51,429 nt of DNA, taken from Thermoanaerobaculia bacterium (GTDB taxonomy: Bacteria > Acidobacteriota > Thermoanaerobaculia > Gp7-AA8). Shown one piece after another: positions 33,838-41,925 of the stretch. The DNA lies in contig DATAMS010000647.1 in assembly GCA_036260495.1 (NCBI GenBank), forward strand, positions 1 to 51,429, read 5' to 3'. The stretch's first letter is position 1; every line of letters starts with the position of its first letter. The translations under genes and the position numbers were made by a program. The notes below the pieces were generated by a model, which ran no database searches, was not told the origin of the DNA, and saw only the letters and a program-made list of their open reading frames with translations.

Positions 33838-35187
33838 GTGTCCGACTACGCCATCGCACTGACCAACGTCTCCAAGTCCTACCGGCTCTGGGGACGCGGC
33901 TCGCAATTCGCGACGCTCAAGAGTGCGCTGCTGAAACGTGATCTGGCGCTCACGCCGGAAACGAGCGTCGAGGCGGTGCGCGATGTCTCGTTTGCCGTCG
34001 ATCGCGGCGAGGCATTCGGCATCATCGGCCGCAACGGCTCCGGCAAGTCAACGCTGCTCAAGCTCATCTCCGGAATTCTGAAGCCGACCAGCGGGAGCGT
34101 GAAGGTCAACGGCCGCGTCGCCGCGCTGATCGAGCTCGGCGCGGGCTTTCATCCCGAGATCACCGGGCGCGAGAACATCTACATCAACGGCATCATGCTC
34201 GGCCTTTCGCGCCGCGAGATCGAGGCCCGCTTCGACCAGATCGTGGCCTTCTCCGGCATCCCCGAGTTCATCGATCAACCAGTCAAAACCTACTCCTCGG
34301 GCATGTACGTCCGCCTCGGGTTCGCTGTCGCCGTTCACGTCGATCCTGATGTGCTGCTGATCGACGAGGTGCTCTCCGTCGGCGACGAGGAGTTCTCTGC
34401 CAAGTGTGTAGCCAAGATTCAGGAGATGAAGTACCGCGGGGTGACCCTCGTTTTCGTCACGCACCAACTCGATCAGGTGCGCAATCTCTGCGACCGCGCG
34501 CTCTGGATCGATCACGGCGAGCCGGAGACGATCGGGGATCCGGTTCGCGTTGTCGACGCGTATCTGCAAGCCGTTTCGTCAACGCAGACAGCACCTGCGC
34601 GAGCCGCTGTTGACGAGATCAAGCCGCCCACCACCGATGGTCCTCGCGATGATTCCGGCGAAGAAGAACGCTGGGGCTCCGGCGAAGTGGTCCTCTCCCG
34701 CGTCGTTCTCGTCGATAGCCGCGGCGACGAGCTCGTCGCCCTCGGGCCCGGCACGCCCGTCTCGATCGAAATGGACGTAACGGTGCGCGTGCCGCAGGAC
34801 GATTTTGTCTTCGGCGTCGGTATCTACCACGCCGGCGGCACGTGCGTGTACGGAACGAACACCGACCTCGAAGGTCTGATGCCGGAGCGCCTCGAAACGA
34901 ACGGGCGCGTCCGCTTCATCATGCCCGCCCTCGACCTCGTCGCCGGAACCTACCGCATCGACGCCGCCATCCACACCCGCAACGGCCGCGCCTTCGACTA
35001 CCGCCGCGGCGTCATCCGCTTCGTCGCCGGCTCCCGCATCCACGACGTCGGCGTCTACCGCCCCAAACACCACTGGAAATTCGAAGGTGGCATCGCCTTT
35101 CGGGAAATCGACCTCGAACAGCGCAACGTCCCGGTGGAAGTGGCGGAGGCGATGCGAGAGGCGAGGAAGCCGAGGGGGAAGGTCTAA
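33838..35187 (+). CDS. wzt: Polysaccharide/O-antigen export ABC ATPase with a C-terminal extra domain
   Basis: GTG start at 33838 (VSDYAIALTNVSKSY); upstream ORF-track residues are translated repeat DNA. Walker A GRNGSGKST, signature YSSGMYVRL and Walker B LLIDEVLSVGD are present. About 200 aa of C-terminal beta-rich sequence follow, as in Wzt carbohydrate-binding domains (inference). Confidence 0.85.
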   Translation: MSDYAIALTNVSKSYRLWGRGSQFATLKSALLKRDLALTPETSVEAVRDVSFAVDRGEAFGIIGRNGSGKSTLLKLISGILKPTSGSVKVNGRVAALIELGAGFHPEITGRENIYINGIMLGLSRREIEARFDQIVAFSGIPEFIDQPVKTYSSGMYVRLGFAVAVHVDPDVLLIDEVLSVGDEEFSAKCVAKIQEMKYRGVTLVFVTHQLDQVRNLCDRALWIDHGEPETIGDPVRVVDAYLQAVSSTQTAPARAAVDEIKPPTTDGPRDDSGEEERWGSGEVVLSRVVLVDSRGDELVALGPGTPVSIEMDVTVRVPQDDFVFGVGIYHAGGTCVYGTNTDLEGLMPERLETNGRVRFIMPALDLVAGTYRIDAAIHTRNGRAFDYRRGVIRFVAGSRIHDVGVYRPKHHWKFEGGIAFREIDLEQRNVPVEVAEAMREARKPRGKV

Positions 35188-35218
35188 CTCGTGCGGCCCG
35201 ATCTGCAACCAAAGACTC

Positions 35219-35284
35219 AACCACAGAGACGCAGAGATCACTGAGAAGAAGCGTCGACTCTGTGCTCTCTGCGCCTCTGTGGTT
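35219..35284. repeat. Inverted repeat in the wzt / antitoxin-like convergent spacer (possible bidirectional terminator)
   Basis: AACCACAGAGACGCAGAGA (35219-35237) pairs with TCTCTGCGCCTCTGTGGTT (35266-35284) with one mismatch over 19 nt. Confidence 0.8.
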
Positions 35285-35335
35285 CAGGGTTCTGAAATTT
35301 AAACGGAGCGACACTTTTCGCGCCAACCGCTGAAC

Positions 35336-35581
35336 TCAAAACTCGATGGTCTCGCCGCGATCGAATTCTGCCAAGGCTTCCGCTTCGAGCTGGTCGAACT
35401 TACCTGCTTTCGAATCTGCTTCTATCTGCCGATCCCAGAGCTCGTTGTCATAATCCTCGAACCATTTCCGAAACTCGACCAGTTCGCGCGGAGTCAGATT
35501 CTGAATTTCGCTCGCCAACGCTTGGACTCTTGTCATTACGTCATGATTATGACTTCGCTCAATGTCCTTTGCTTGGGTCAC
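35336..35581 (-). CDS. Small antitoxin-like protein (likely 66 aa from ATG 35536)
   Basis: The pattern LTPRELVEFRKWFEDYDNELWDRQIEADSKAGKFDQLEAEALAEF resembles a widespread small antitoxin-type family that is usually encoded next to RelE/ParE- or PIN-type toxins. Local GC is about 48-50%. The start is either GTG 35581 or ATG 35536. Confidence 0.45.
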   Translation of the reverse strand: MTQAKDIERSHNHDVMTRVQALASEIQNLTPRELVEFRKWFEDYDNELWDRQIEADSKAGKFDQLEAEALAEFDRGETIEF

Positions 35582-35608
35582 GCAACGCCGGGCTTCGTAA
35601 ATCGTCGA

Positions 35609-35848
35609 TTACGTTTCAACAACTCGCAGCGTCTCCGGTGCGATATCCGCGCCGTTCGGCCAGCAGACGGTTCCGCCATCGATGAAAAAGCGTTTGAACT
35701 CCCGCTTATCAACGAGTGGACGAAAAACTTCGCCGTGAAGCCATCGCGAGAAATCGACGACCTTCTCTACTCCGTCCGAGAAACAAATTCGCAGTTGATA
35801 CTCGCTGATGTATCTCGCGCTAACGACTCGAATCGTCGGCCTGGTCAC
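35609..35848 (-). CDS. DUF2442 family protein
   Basis: 79-aa ORF with a GTG start 3 nt after the GT2 stop. The pattern YQLRICFSDGVEKVVDFSRWL.GEVFRPL...FKRFFIDGGTVCWPNGADIAPETL follows the DUF2442 consensus. Confidence 0.7.
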   Translation of the reverse strand: MTRPTIRVVSARYISEYQLRICFSDGVEKVVDFSRWLHGEVFRPLVDKREFKRFFIDGGTVCWPNGADIAPETLRVVET

Positions 35849-35851
35849 TGA

Positions 35852-36688
35852 CTACCCCTTCACCCACGGCAACTCCCATCGCCCCTCCCCCTCATCGAGT
35901 TTCGGCAGCGGGACCGGCTTGCCGGCGAGTTTGAGTTGGGTCAGTTCCCATAGCTTCGCGTACTTCCAGAACGTGTAATAGACGTGCATACCGACGGAGA
36001 TCAGGCCGCGGGTGCCGTCGAGGAAGCCGAGGTTGATGACGAAATCGCGGGCGAACTTGGCGATGGGGTGGCCGAGGATGCCGAAAAGGTTCGTTGATTT
36101 GCCGTCGATGAACATCTGCGCGGCGCCCCAGTTTGCGTAGCGCGTCATCTTGGCGATCATGTGATCGAACGTGCGGATGTAGTAATGGTCCATCTTCTGC
36201 GCCAACCGGCCGGTGAGCCCGTCGACGACGAGGTCTGCATGCACGCGCTTGTTCGGATAGCGGGCGTGGCCGCGGTGAAAAAGACGCGTCACGCGATCGC
36301 GCTGCAGGCCGGAGAATCGAACGGGCTTGCCGAACATGAAGTTGAGACGGCCGACGGAATACGCCCACTTGTCCAGCGGGCCGTCGAGCGTGCGCAGGAT
36401 CTCGTCGCGCAGTTTCGGAGTGACTCGTTCGTCGGCATCGATGACGAAGATCCAGTCGTGCGCGGCGCGGTCGATGGCGTAGTTCTTCGCTGATGCGGCG
36501 CCGAGATATTCGCGTTGCTCGATGCGAACGCTTGGGAACTTCTCGCGTACGAGCCCGATCGTCCCGTCCTTCGAGAATGAATCGAGGAGATAGATTTCAT
36601 CGCCCCACGCCACCGAGCGGAGGCAATCCTCGATGAAGGCGGTTTCGTCGAGGGTGTGGATGATGACGGTGACGGGCGCGCGCGGCAT
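35852..36688 (-). CDS. Family 2 glycosyltransferase
   Basis: 278-aa ORF with an N-terminal GT-A fold (VTVIIHTLDE...DSFSKDGT...FVIDADE DxD motif). Confidence 0.85.
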   Translation of the reverse strand: MPRAPVTVIIHTLDETAFIEDCLRSVAWGDEIYLLDSFSKDGTIGLVREKFPSVRIEQREYLGAASAKNYAIDRAAHDWIFVIDADERVTPKLRDEILRTLDGPLDKWAYSVGRLNFMFGKPVRFSGLQRDRVTRLFHRGHARYPNKRVHADLVVDGLTGRLAQKMDHYYIRTFDHMIAKMTRYANWGAAQMFIDGKSTNLFGILGHPIAKFARDFVINLGFLDGTRGLISVGMHVYYTFWKYAKLWELTQLKLAGKPVPLPKLDEGEGRWELPWVKG

Positions 36689-36715
36689 GGGCGAAGCGGA
36701 TTGTAGCGGTTGGCG

Positions 36716-37219
36716 TCAGAGACTCGCGGTTGGCATTTCGACGAAGAACTTCGGCGTCAAAAGGTGTGCGTCATTGCAACCTTTGACGACCGATACACGC
36801 ACTTGATACCGCTCGCCTGCCGTTCGTGGAAATGGAATGAACTTGTAGACGGAGGCCGGTAAGTCCTGGCTCGAGCCGTTCGTCAAAGTCCAGCCGCTCT
36901 CATGTGAGATACGGCTGACTTCCCGCATACGAACGACACCTGAGGCGTCGGTGATGGTGATATCGACAGTCGGAGAGATCTCACTCCACGCTTTCTTCGA
37001 CTCCGTTTCGTAGTTCCGAATGTCCCAGTGATCGCTCTTCACGAACGCCGGCCGGAACGCGAAGCCGTACGCATAGCTATGCTGCGGATGGGCGAACTTT
37101 ATGGTGCGCTGGATGGGCGTACCGGCGTGTTCGAGGTCAACAGGAGTTTGGATTGGAGTGTCCGAGCAACTGGCGAAGAGAAGAGCCAGACTTACGACGC
37201 CCAACCATCTCCGTTCCAT
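36716..37219 (-). CDS. Hypothetical lipoprotein
   Basis: I take the internal ATG at 37219 (MERRWLGVVSLALLFASCSD, lipobox-like FASC). The ORF-track start at 37291 would overlap the divergent amidohydrolase gene. Confidence 0.5.
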   Translation of the reverse strand: MERRWLGVVSLALLFASCSDTPIQTPVDLEHAGTPIQRTIKFAHPQHSYAYGFAFRPAFVKSDHWDIRNYETESKKAWSEISPTVDITITDASGVVRMREVSRISHESGWTLTNGSSQDLPASVYKFIPFPRTAGERYQVRVSVVKGCNDAHLLTPKFFVEMPTASL

Positions 37220-37229
37220 CGAACAGGAC

Positions 37230-39221
37230 ATGCCGGCAAGATCGTACACTTTGCGGATGCGAATCCGCCTGCTCGCTCTCGCCGCCGCCACGTTGACCGC
37301 ATGCGCTCACACGACTCCGCCGCCGGCGCCGCCGCCCACGCACGCAACACAAACGCGCAACTTCATCATGGGCGGGCGGAAGGCGGGGACGGAGACGGTG
37401 ATCGTCGACGGATCGACGCGCACCGTCGACTTCGAATTCAACGACCGAGGACGCGGTCCGAAAACGCACACGGTGCTGACGAGCGGCGGGAACGCGATTA
37501 CGGCGTCGCTGCACACCAGCGGCAACGACTATTTCAAGGTTCCGGTCGATGAGACGTTCGCGAACGGCGCGTGGTCGAACGGCGCGGAAAAGGGAAGCGC
37601 GGCGAATGGCTTCTTCGTCTCGATGTACGGGCCGCCCGAGGAGACCGCGGTGCTTGCGCGCGCGTTGCTGGCGGCGCCGGAGCATCGGTTGTCGTTGCTG
37701 CCTGCCGGCGAGGCGTCCATCCGCAAGGTTGGTGAGCTCACCGTGTCCGCGGCTGGACAGACGCAACACGTCACCTGCTACGAGATCAGCGGACTTGGTT
37801 TCACGCCGTCGCCGGTCTGGCTCGACGACCACAACGAGCTCTTTGCATCCGCATCCTCCTGGTCGTCGGTGATCGCCGATGGTTGGGACAGCGTCATACC
37901 GCAACTCCTGAAAGCGCAGGATGCCTGGCGCGACGAGGCGGTCTCGCGGGAGGCCGCGCGCCTCATGCGCACGCCCGCGGGAGGCGGCATCGTCATCACG
38001 AACGCGCGCCTTTTTGATCCGGTCACACTGCAGACGACGCCGGGAACAACGATCGTGATCCGCGGTAATCGAATCGAATCGGTCGGTGCCTCCGGCGTCG
38101 CGCTGGACAAACTCGAGCACATCGACGCCGCCGGCCGCGCAGTCATCCCGGGCCTGTGGGACATGCACACGCACAACTCCGCCGACGACGGCCTTCTCAA
38201 CATATCCAACGGCATCACCTCGGTTCGCGATCTCGCTAACGACACCGACTTCCTGCTCGACCTGCGCAAGAAGATCGACAGCGGCGCCGCGATCGGCCCG
38301 CGCATCGTCCTGGCCGGCATCATCGACGGTCCGGGCAAATACGCAGGCCCGACGAAAGTGATCGTCGATACCGAGGAGCAGGCCCGGGAGGCGGTAGAGA
38401 ATTACGCGAAGCTCGGATACGAGCAGATCAAGATCTACAGCTCTGTGCGGCCAGCGCTGGTGCCGTTCATTGCCCGTCTCGCGCACGAGCATGGGATGCG
38501 CGTGAGTGGACACGTGCCCGCGTTCATGCGCGCCGAGGATGCGGTTCGCGCCGGCTATGACGAGATCCAGCACGTCAACTTTCTCTTTCTCAATTTCTGG
38601 CCCGACATTCAGGACACGCGCACGCCGGTGCGGTTCACGGCGGTGGCCGAGCGCGCGGCGACGCTCGACTTGAATTCGCCGGAGGTCAAGGCGTTCATCG
38701 AGCTTCTGCACGAGCATCACACCGTCATCGATCCGACCGTGTCGGTTTTCGAGGGGATGTTCGTCTCGCGCAAAGGGACGATGTCGCCGAGTTACGCGAT
38801 GGTCGCGGACCGGCTGCCGCCGCAGGTGCGCCGCGGATTTCTCACCGGCGGTCTGCCGGTGCCCGACGGAATGGACCAGCGTTATCGCGACTCGTTCCGC
38901 AATGTGCTGGCGATGGTGAAAGCGCTCTACGACGCGCACGTCCCGATCGTGGCGGGCACCGACGCGATGGCCGGCTACACGCTGGCGCGCGAGTTGGAGC
39001 TGTACGTCCAGGCGGGGATTCCGCCTGCCGAAGTGCTGCGCATCGCCACGCTGGGAGCGGCCAAGGTGATGAAGCACGACGACCAACTCGGATCGGTCGC
39101 GCCCGGCAAGCTCGCCGATCTCGTCATCATCGACGGCGATCCGGCGGCGAACATCAGCGATGTGCGCAAGGTCGTCACAGTAATCAAGGAGGGGAAGGTG
39201 TTCGATCCGAAGGCTCGATAG
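37230..39221 (+). CDS. Amidohydrolase-family metallohydrolase, probable lipoprotein
   Basis: Internal ATG at 37230 (or 37257) with lipobox LTAC. Metal-binding motifs GLWDMHTHN and VAGTDAM and the C-terminal stretch GKLADLVIIDGDP are typical of the amidohydrolase superfamily. Confidence 0.8.
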   Translation: MPARSYTLRMRIRLLALAAATLTACAHTTPPPAPPPTHATQTRNFIMGGRKAGTETVIVDGSTRTVDFEFNDRGRGPKTHTVLTSGGNAITASLHTSGNDYFKVPVDETFANGAWSNGAEKGSAANGFFVSMYGPPEETAVLARALLAAPEHRLSLLPAGEASIRKVGELTVSAAGQTQHVTCYEISGLGFTPSPVWLDDHNELFASASSWSSVIADGWDSVIPQLLKAQDAWRDEAVSREAARLMRTPAGGGIVITNARLFDPVTLQTTPGTTIVIRGNRIESVGASGVALDKLEHIDAAGRAVIPGLWDMHTHNSADDGLLNISNGITSVRDLANDTDFLLDLRKKIDSGAAIGPRIVLAGIIDGPGKYAGPTKVIVDTEEQAREAVENYAKLGYEQIKIYSSVRPALVPFIARLAHEHGMRVSGHVPAFMRAEDAVRAGYDEIQHVNFLFLNFWPDIQDTRTPVRFTAVAERAATLDLNSPEVKAFIELLHEHHTVIDPTVSVFEGMFVSRKGTMSPSYAMVADRLPPQVRRGFLTGGLPVPDGMDQRYRDSFRNVLAMVKALYDAHVPIVAGTDAMAGYTLARELELYVQAGIPPAEVLRIATLGAAKVMKHDDQLGSVAPGKLADLVIIDGDPAANISDVRKVVTVIKEGKVFDPKAR

Positions 39222-39262
39222 GTCACTTACGCCTATTACGCCTATCTTTCGCCAACTTCCGC

Positions 39263-39291
39263 TTGACTTTCGCGTTGTTACCGCCTACATT
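39263..39291 (+). promoter_or_regulatory. Candidate sigma70-type lexA promoter
   Basis: TTGACT (39263-39268), a 17-nt spacer, then TACATT (39286-39291), which ends 19 nt upstream of the lexA ATG. A tandem 9-mer TACGCCTAT x2 sits at 39228-39245. Confidence 0.5.
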
Positions 39292-39310
39292 GTCCCTTCA
39301 CGAGGCGGAA

Positions 39311-39931
39311 ATGACGTATCTGACCGAGCGGCAACGCGACATTCTGCAGTTCATCCGGGATTGCCAACGGGAGCGTGGGGTAGCGCCGACGCACCGTGAA
39401 ATCTGCGATCACTTCGGCTTTTCATCGTACGGCACGGTCTACAAACATCTCTCCCTGCTCCAGAAGAAGGGACTGATCCGGCGCGACTGGAACCAGAAGC
39501 GTGGCGTCGAGCTCGTCGAGAACGATGACAAGCCTGCTTCTGCGACGGCCTCGGGAGTTCTCGAACTGCCGCTGTTCGGCTACATCGCCGCCGGCCCTCC
39601 GCTCGACGTCGAGATCTCGAACGAGACGATCACAGTGCCCGAGCGCCTCACCAGCCGCGGCGAAAACTACGTGCTCAAAGTGAAGGGCGACTCGATGATC
39701 GACGACGGGATCATGGATGGCGATTACGTCATCATCGCCCGCCGCGAGCGCGCCGAGAACGGCGAGATGGTCGTCGCCAACGTCAGCGGCGAAGTCACGC
39801 TCAAGCGCTTCTACCATGAGGGCGAGAAGGTTCGCCTGCAGCCAGCCAATTCAATGATGCATCCGATTTACGCCCAGGCCCGCGACGTCGCGGTGCAGGG
39901 AGTGGTCGTCGGTCTGATGCGCCGTTTCTGA
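39311..39931 (+). CDS. lexA: LexA repressor (S24 autopeptidase)
   Basis: ATG at 39311 (MTYLTERQRDILQFI). It has a winged HTH, the cleavage-site region FGYIAAGPP, the catalytic Ser in KGDSM and the Lys in TLKRF. Confidence 0.9.
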   Translation: MTYLTERQRDILQFIRDCQRERGVAPTHREICDHFGFSSYGTVYKHLSLLQKKGLIRRDWNQKRGVELVENDDKPASATASGVLELPLFGYIAAGPPLDVEISNETITVPERLTSRGENYVLKVKGDSMIDDGIMDGDYVIIARRERAENGEMVVANVSGEVTLKRFYHEGEKVRLQPANSMMHPIYAQARDVAVQGVVVGLMRRF

Positions 39932-39952
39932 TCGCGAAAGTGAGGAAGAACC

Positions 39953-40375
39953 ATGGATCTCGTACTCAAACTTCGTGAAGTCCGCCGCCTCAAGGGCCTG
40001 AGCCAGAAGGATGTGGCGCGTATGTCGGGCGTCGGCGAAAAGACCATCAGCTCGTTCGAGACCGGCGAGCGCGTCGGCTCGATGAAACTCGCGCAGCTAA
40101 AACGCCTCCTCGCGGTCTACGACATGACCGAAGCCGATTTCTTCGGCGGATGCGTGGAGAAGAAGATCGCGCCATGGGAGCTCGATCAGGACCAGTTCGC
40201 CACCGTGCGCATGCTCGAAGAGCTGCAGTCGCTTCCGAAGCCATCGCAGCGCAACCTCCTGGCGAAGTTCCAGCTCATGATCGAAACGATCTCCGAAGGC
40301 CACGAAGCGCGGCACAGACGTCCCCGCTACCTTCGCGACGATCCGAATTGGGAGATGATGGCGTCGCGAAACTGA
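39953..40375 (+). CDS. XRE-family HTH transcriptional regulator
   Basis: 140-aa ORF starting 21 nt after lexA. The N-terminal HTH_3 pattern is LKGLSQKDVARMSGVGEKTISSFETGER. Confidence 0.75.
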   Translation: MDLVLKLREVRRLKGLSQKDVARMSGVGEKTISSFETGERVGSMKLAQLKRLLAVYDMTEADFFGGCVEKKIAPWELDQDQFATVRMLEELQSLPKPSQRNLLAKFQLMIETISEGHEARHRRPRYLRDDPNWEMMASRN

Positions 40376-40494
40376 GGAGTGCAGTCGTCTCGACCGCAGG
40401 CACTCGGGCGTCTCGCCCGGGTGCTGTCAGGAAGAAGACCGAAATCCGTCGACGTGCTGTGAGAACAGCTTCGCAGTCTCTCGCGCGCAAACTT

Positions 40495-40968
40495 CTAGCC
40501 CGCGACAATTGAAAACGCTTTGAGCGCTGCCAGCCACGCGGCAACGAGAATCACGAACCGGCACCAATTCAGCCGAACCCACAGTCGAACCATTCTCGTG
40601 AGCTGCGCCTCCGGCATCTTCGCGGCATCAGGCAGACGAAGGAGCACCGGGACGAAGTAAGCGAACGTCACGACAATGACGAAGAGAGTTGCTCCGGACG
40701 CGATGAGCCACCATGTTCGCCCCGGTCCAGCGTACAGCCACCCCGCGACAAGATTCAGCAGCGAAATGACGCCGGTAAGCGGCGTGAGAAAGATCCAAAG
40801 GCGGTGGCCGGAATCCGGACGGATCGTGACCGCGAGGTACGCCAATACCGATTGCGGCGGAGATGATGCCCACAGCGGCACGAGCACACGCGTTTCGAAA
40901 AGTCCGGCGCCGGTCTGAATCCCGAGCGCGATCACGAGAAGCCAAAGCGCGACGTCGCTGAACGCCAT
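40495..40968 (-). CDS. DUF1772 (anthrone oxygenase-like) membrane protein
   Basis: 157-aa ORF with four TM helices and an N-terminal G..LFE..VLVPLW pattern. Confidence 0.6.
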   Translation of the reverse strand: MAFSDVALWLLVIALGIQTGAGLFETRVLVPLWASSPPQSVLAYLAVTIRPDSGHRLWIFLTPLTGVISLLNLVAGWLYAGPGRTWWLIASGATLFVIVVTFAYFVPVLLRLPDAAKMPEAQLTRMVRLWVRLNWCRFVILVAAWLAALKAFSIVAG

Positions 40969-40989
40969 GATTGGTCCTGGTTGTCTCGT

Positions 40990-41841
40990 CTAATGCACCA
41001 TCGCCGCGCCATGCATCGCCACATCCCACAGCTCGACACGGTTGCGGCCGTGGTGTTTGGCGGAGTAAAGCGCGCGGTCGGCGCGATCGATCAGGATTGA
41101 CGGGCTGACGATTCCTTCCCCGTCCATCGAGTCGATGCCTGCGATTCCGATCGAGGCGGTCACGACGACCGAATCGCCACCGACGTTGAAGGAGCTCGCC
41201 GCCATGCGTTCGCGGATCCGTTCGGCAACCACAGTCGTGTTCCCCGTCTTCGTTTCGGGAAGAACGACGCAGAACTCTTCCCCGCCGTAGCGGCCCGGCA
41301 CGTCGTACACGCGGCAGCTATCGCGCAGCACCTGGGCAACGGACCGCAACACGCCGTCGCCGGCGGCGTGGCCGAAGGCATCGTTCACTCGTTTGAAGTG
41401 ATCGATGTCGAGCATGAGGACGGAGACCGGACATCCGTGACGCAACGAGCGGTTCATCTCGCTGTCGATCTTCTCCATCACGTACCATCGATTGTAGAGA
41501 CCAGTCAGGGAGTCACGCGCCGAGATCTCGGCCAGCGTGCGGTTCTTCATGACCAGATCGAGATTGTCGCTTTGCATCTCGGCGAGGCGCCGCTCCAGAT
41601 CGAGAACGCGCTCCTCGCGCTCGCCTGCGAAGCGAACGACCGAGGCAACCTCGCGCACGAGGTCGCGGCCGGAAGCGCTGAGGTCATCGTCGTCGCGCAC
41701 CGCCATTGACGGCGTCAGCACGAACGACCGCGCGCCATCCTCCGACGCCGGATCAACCAGGGAAACTTCCTTGTGGAGTAACGCAGACAACGACCGCACA
41801 ATGCGGCCCGCCGCGTCTTCGGCGAAGCTCATCTCACACAC
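40990..41841 (-). CDS. Diguanylate cyclase (GGDEF domain)
   Basis: 283-aa ORF with DSLTGLYNR, LDIDHFKRVND and the active site RYGGEEF. Confidence 0.85.
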   Translation of the reverse strand: MCEMSFAEDAAGRIVRSLSALLHKEVSLVDPASEDGARSFVLTPSMAVRDDDDLSASGRDLVREVASVVRFAGEREERVLDLERRLAEMQSDNLDLVMKNRTLAEISARDSLTGLYNRWYVMEKIDSEMNRSLRHGCPVSVLMLDIDHFKRVNDAFGHAAGDGVLRSVAQVLRDSCRVYDVPGRYGGEEFCVVLPETKTGNTTVVAERIRERMAASSFNVGGDSVVVTASIGIAGIDSMDGEGIVSPSILIDRADRALYSAKHHGRNRVELWDVAMHGAAMVH

Positions 41842-41925
41842 TCCCTTGTTTGGATCGCGCGGAGTATGAGCAGCCCGCGCGGCCTCGTCAAGTCTCCGAT
41901 TTTGGTGACGACGGAACGACGGAAG

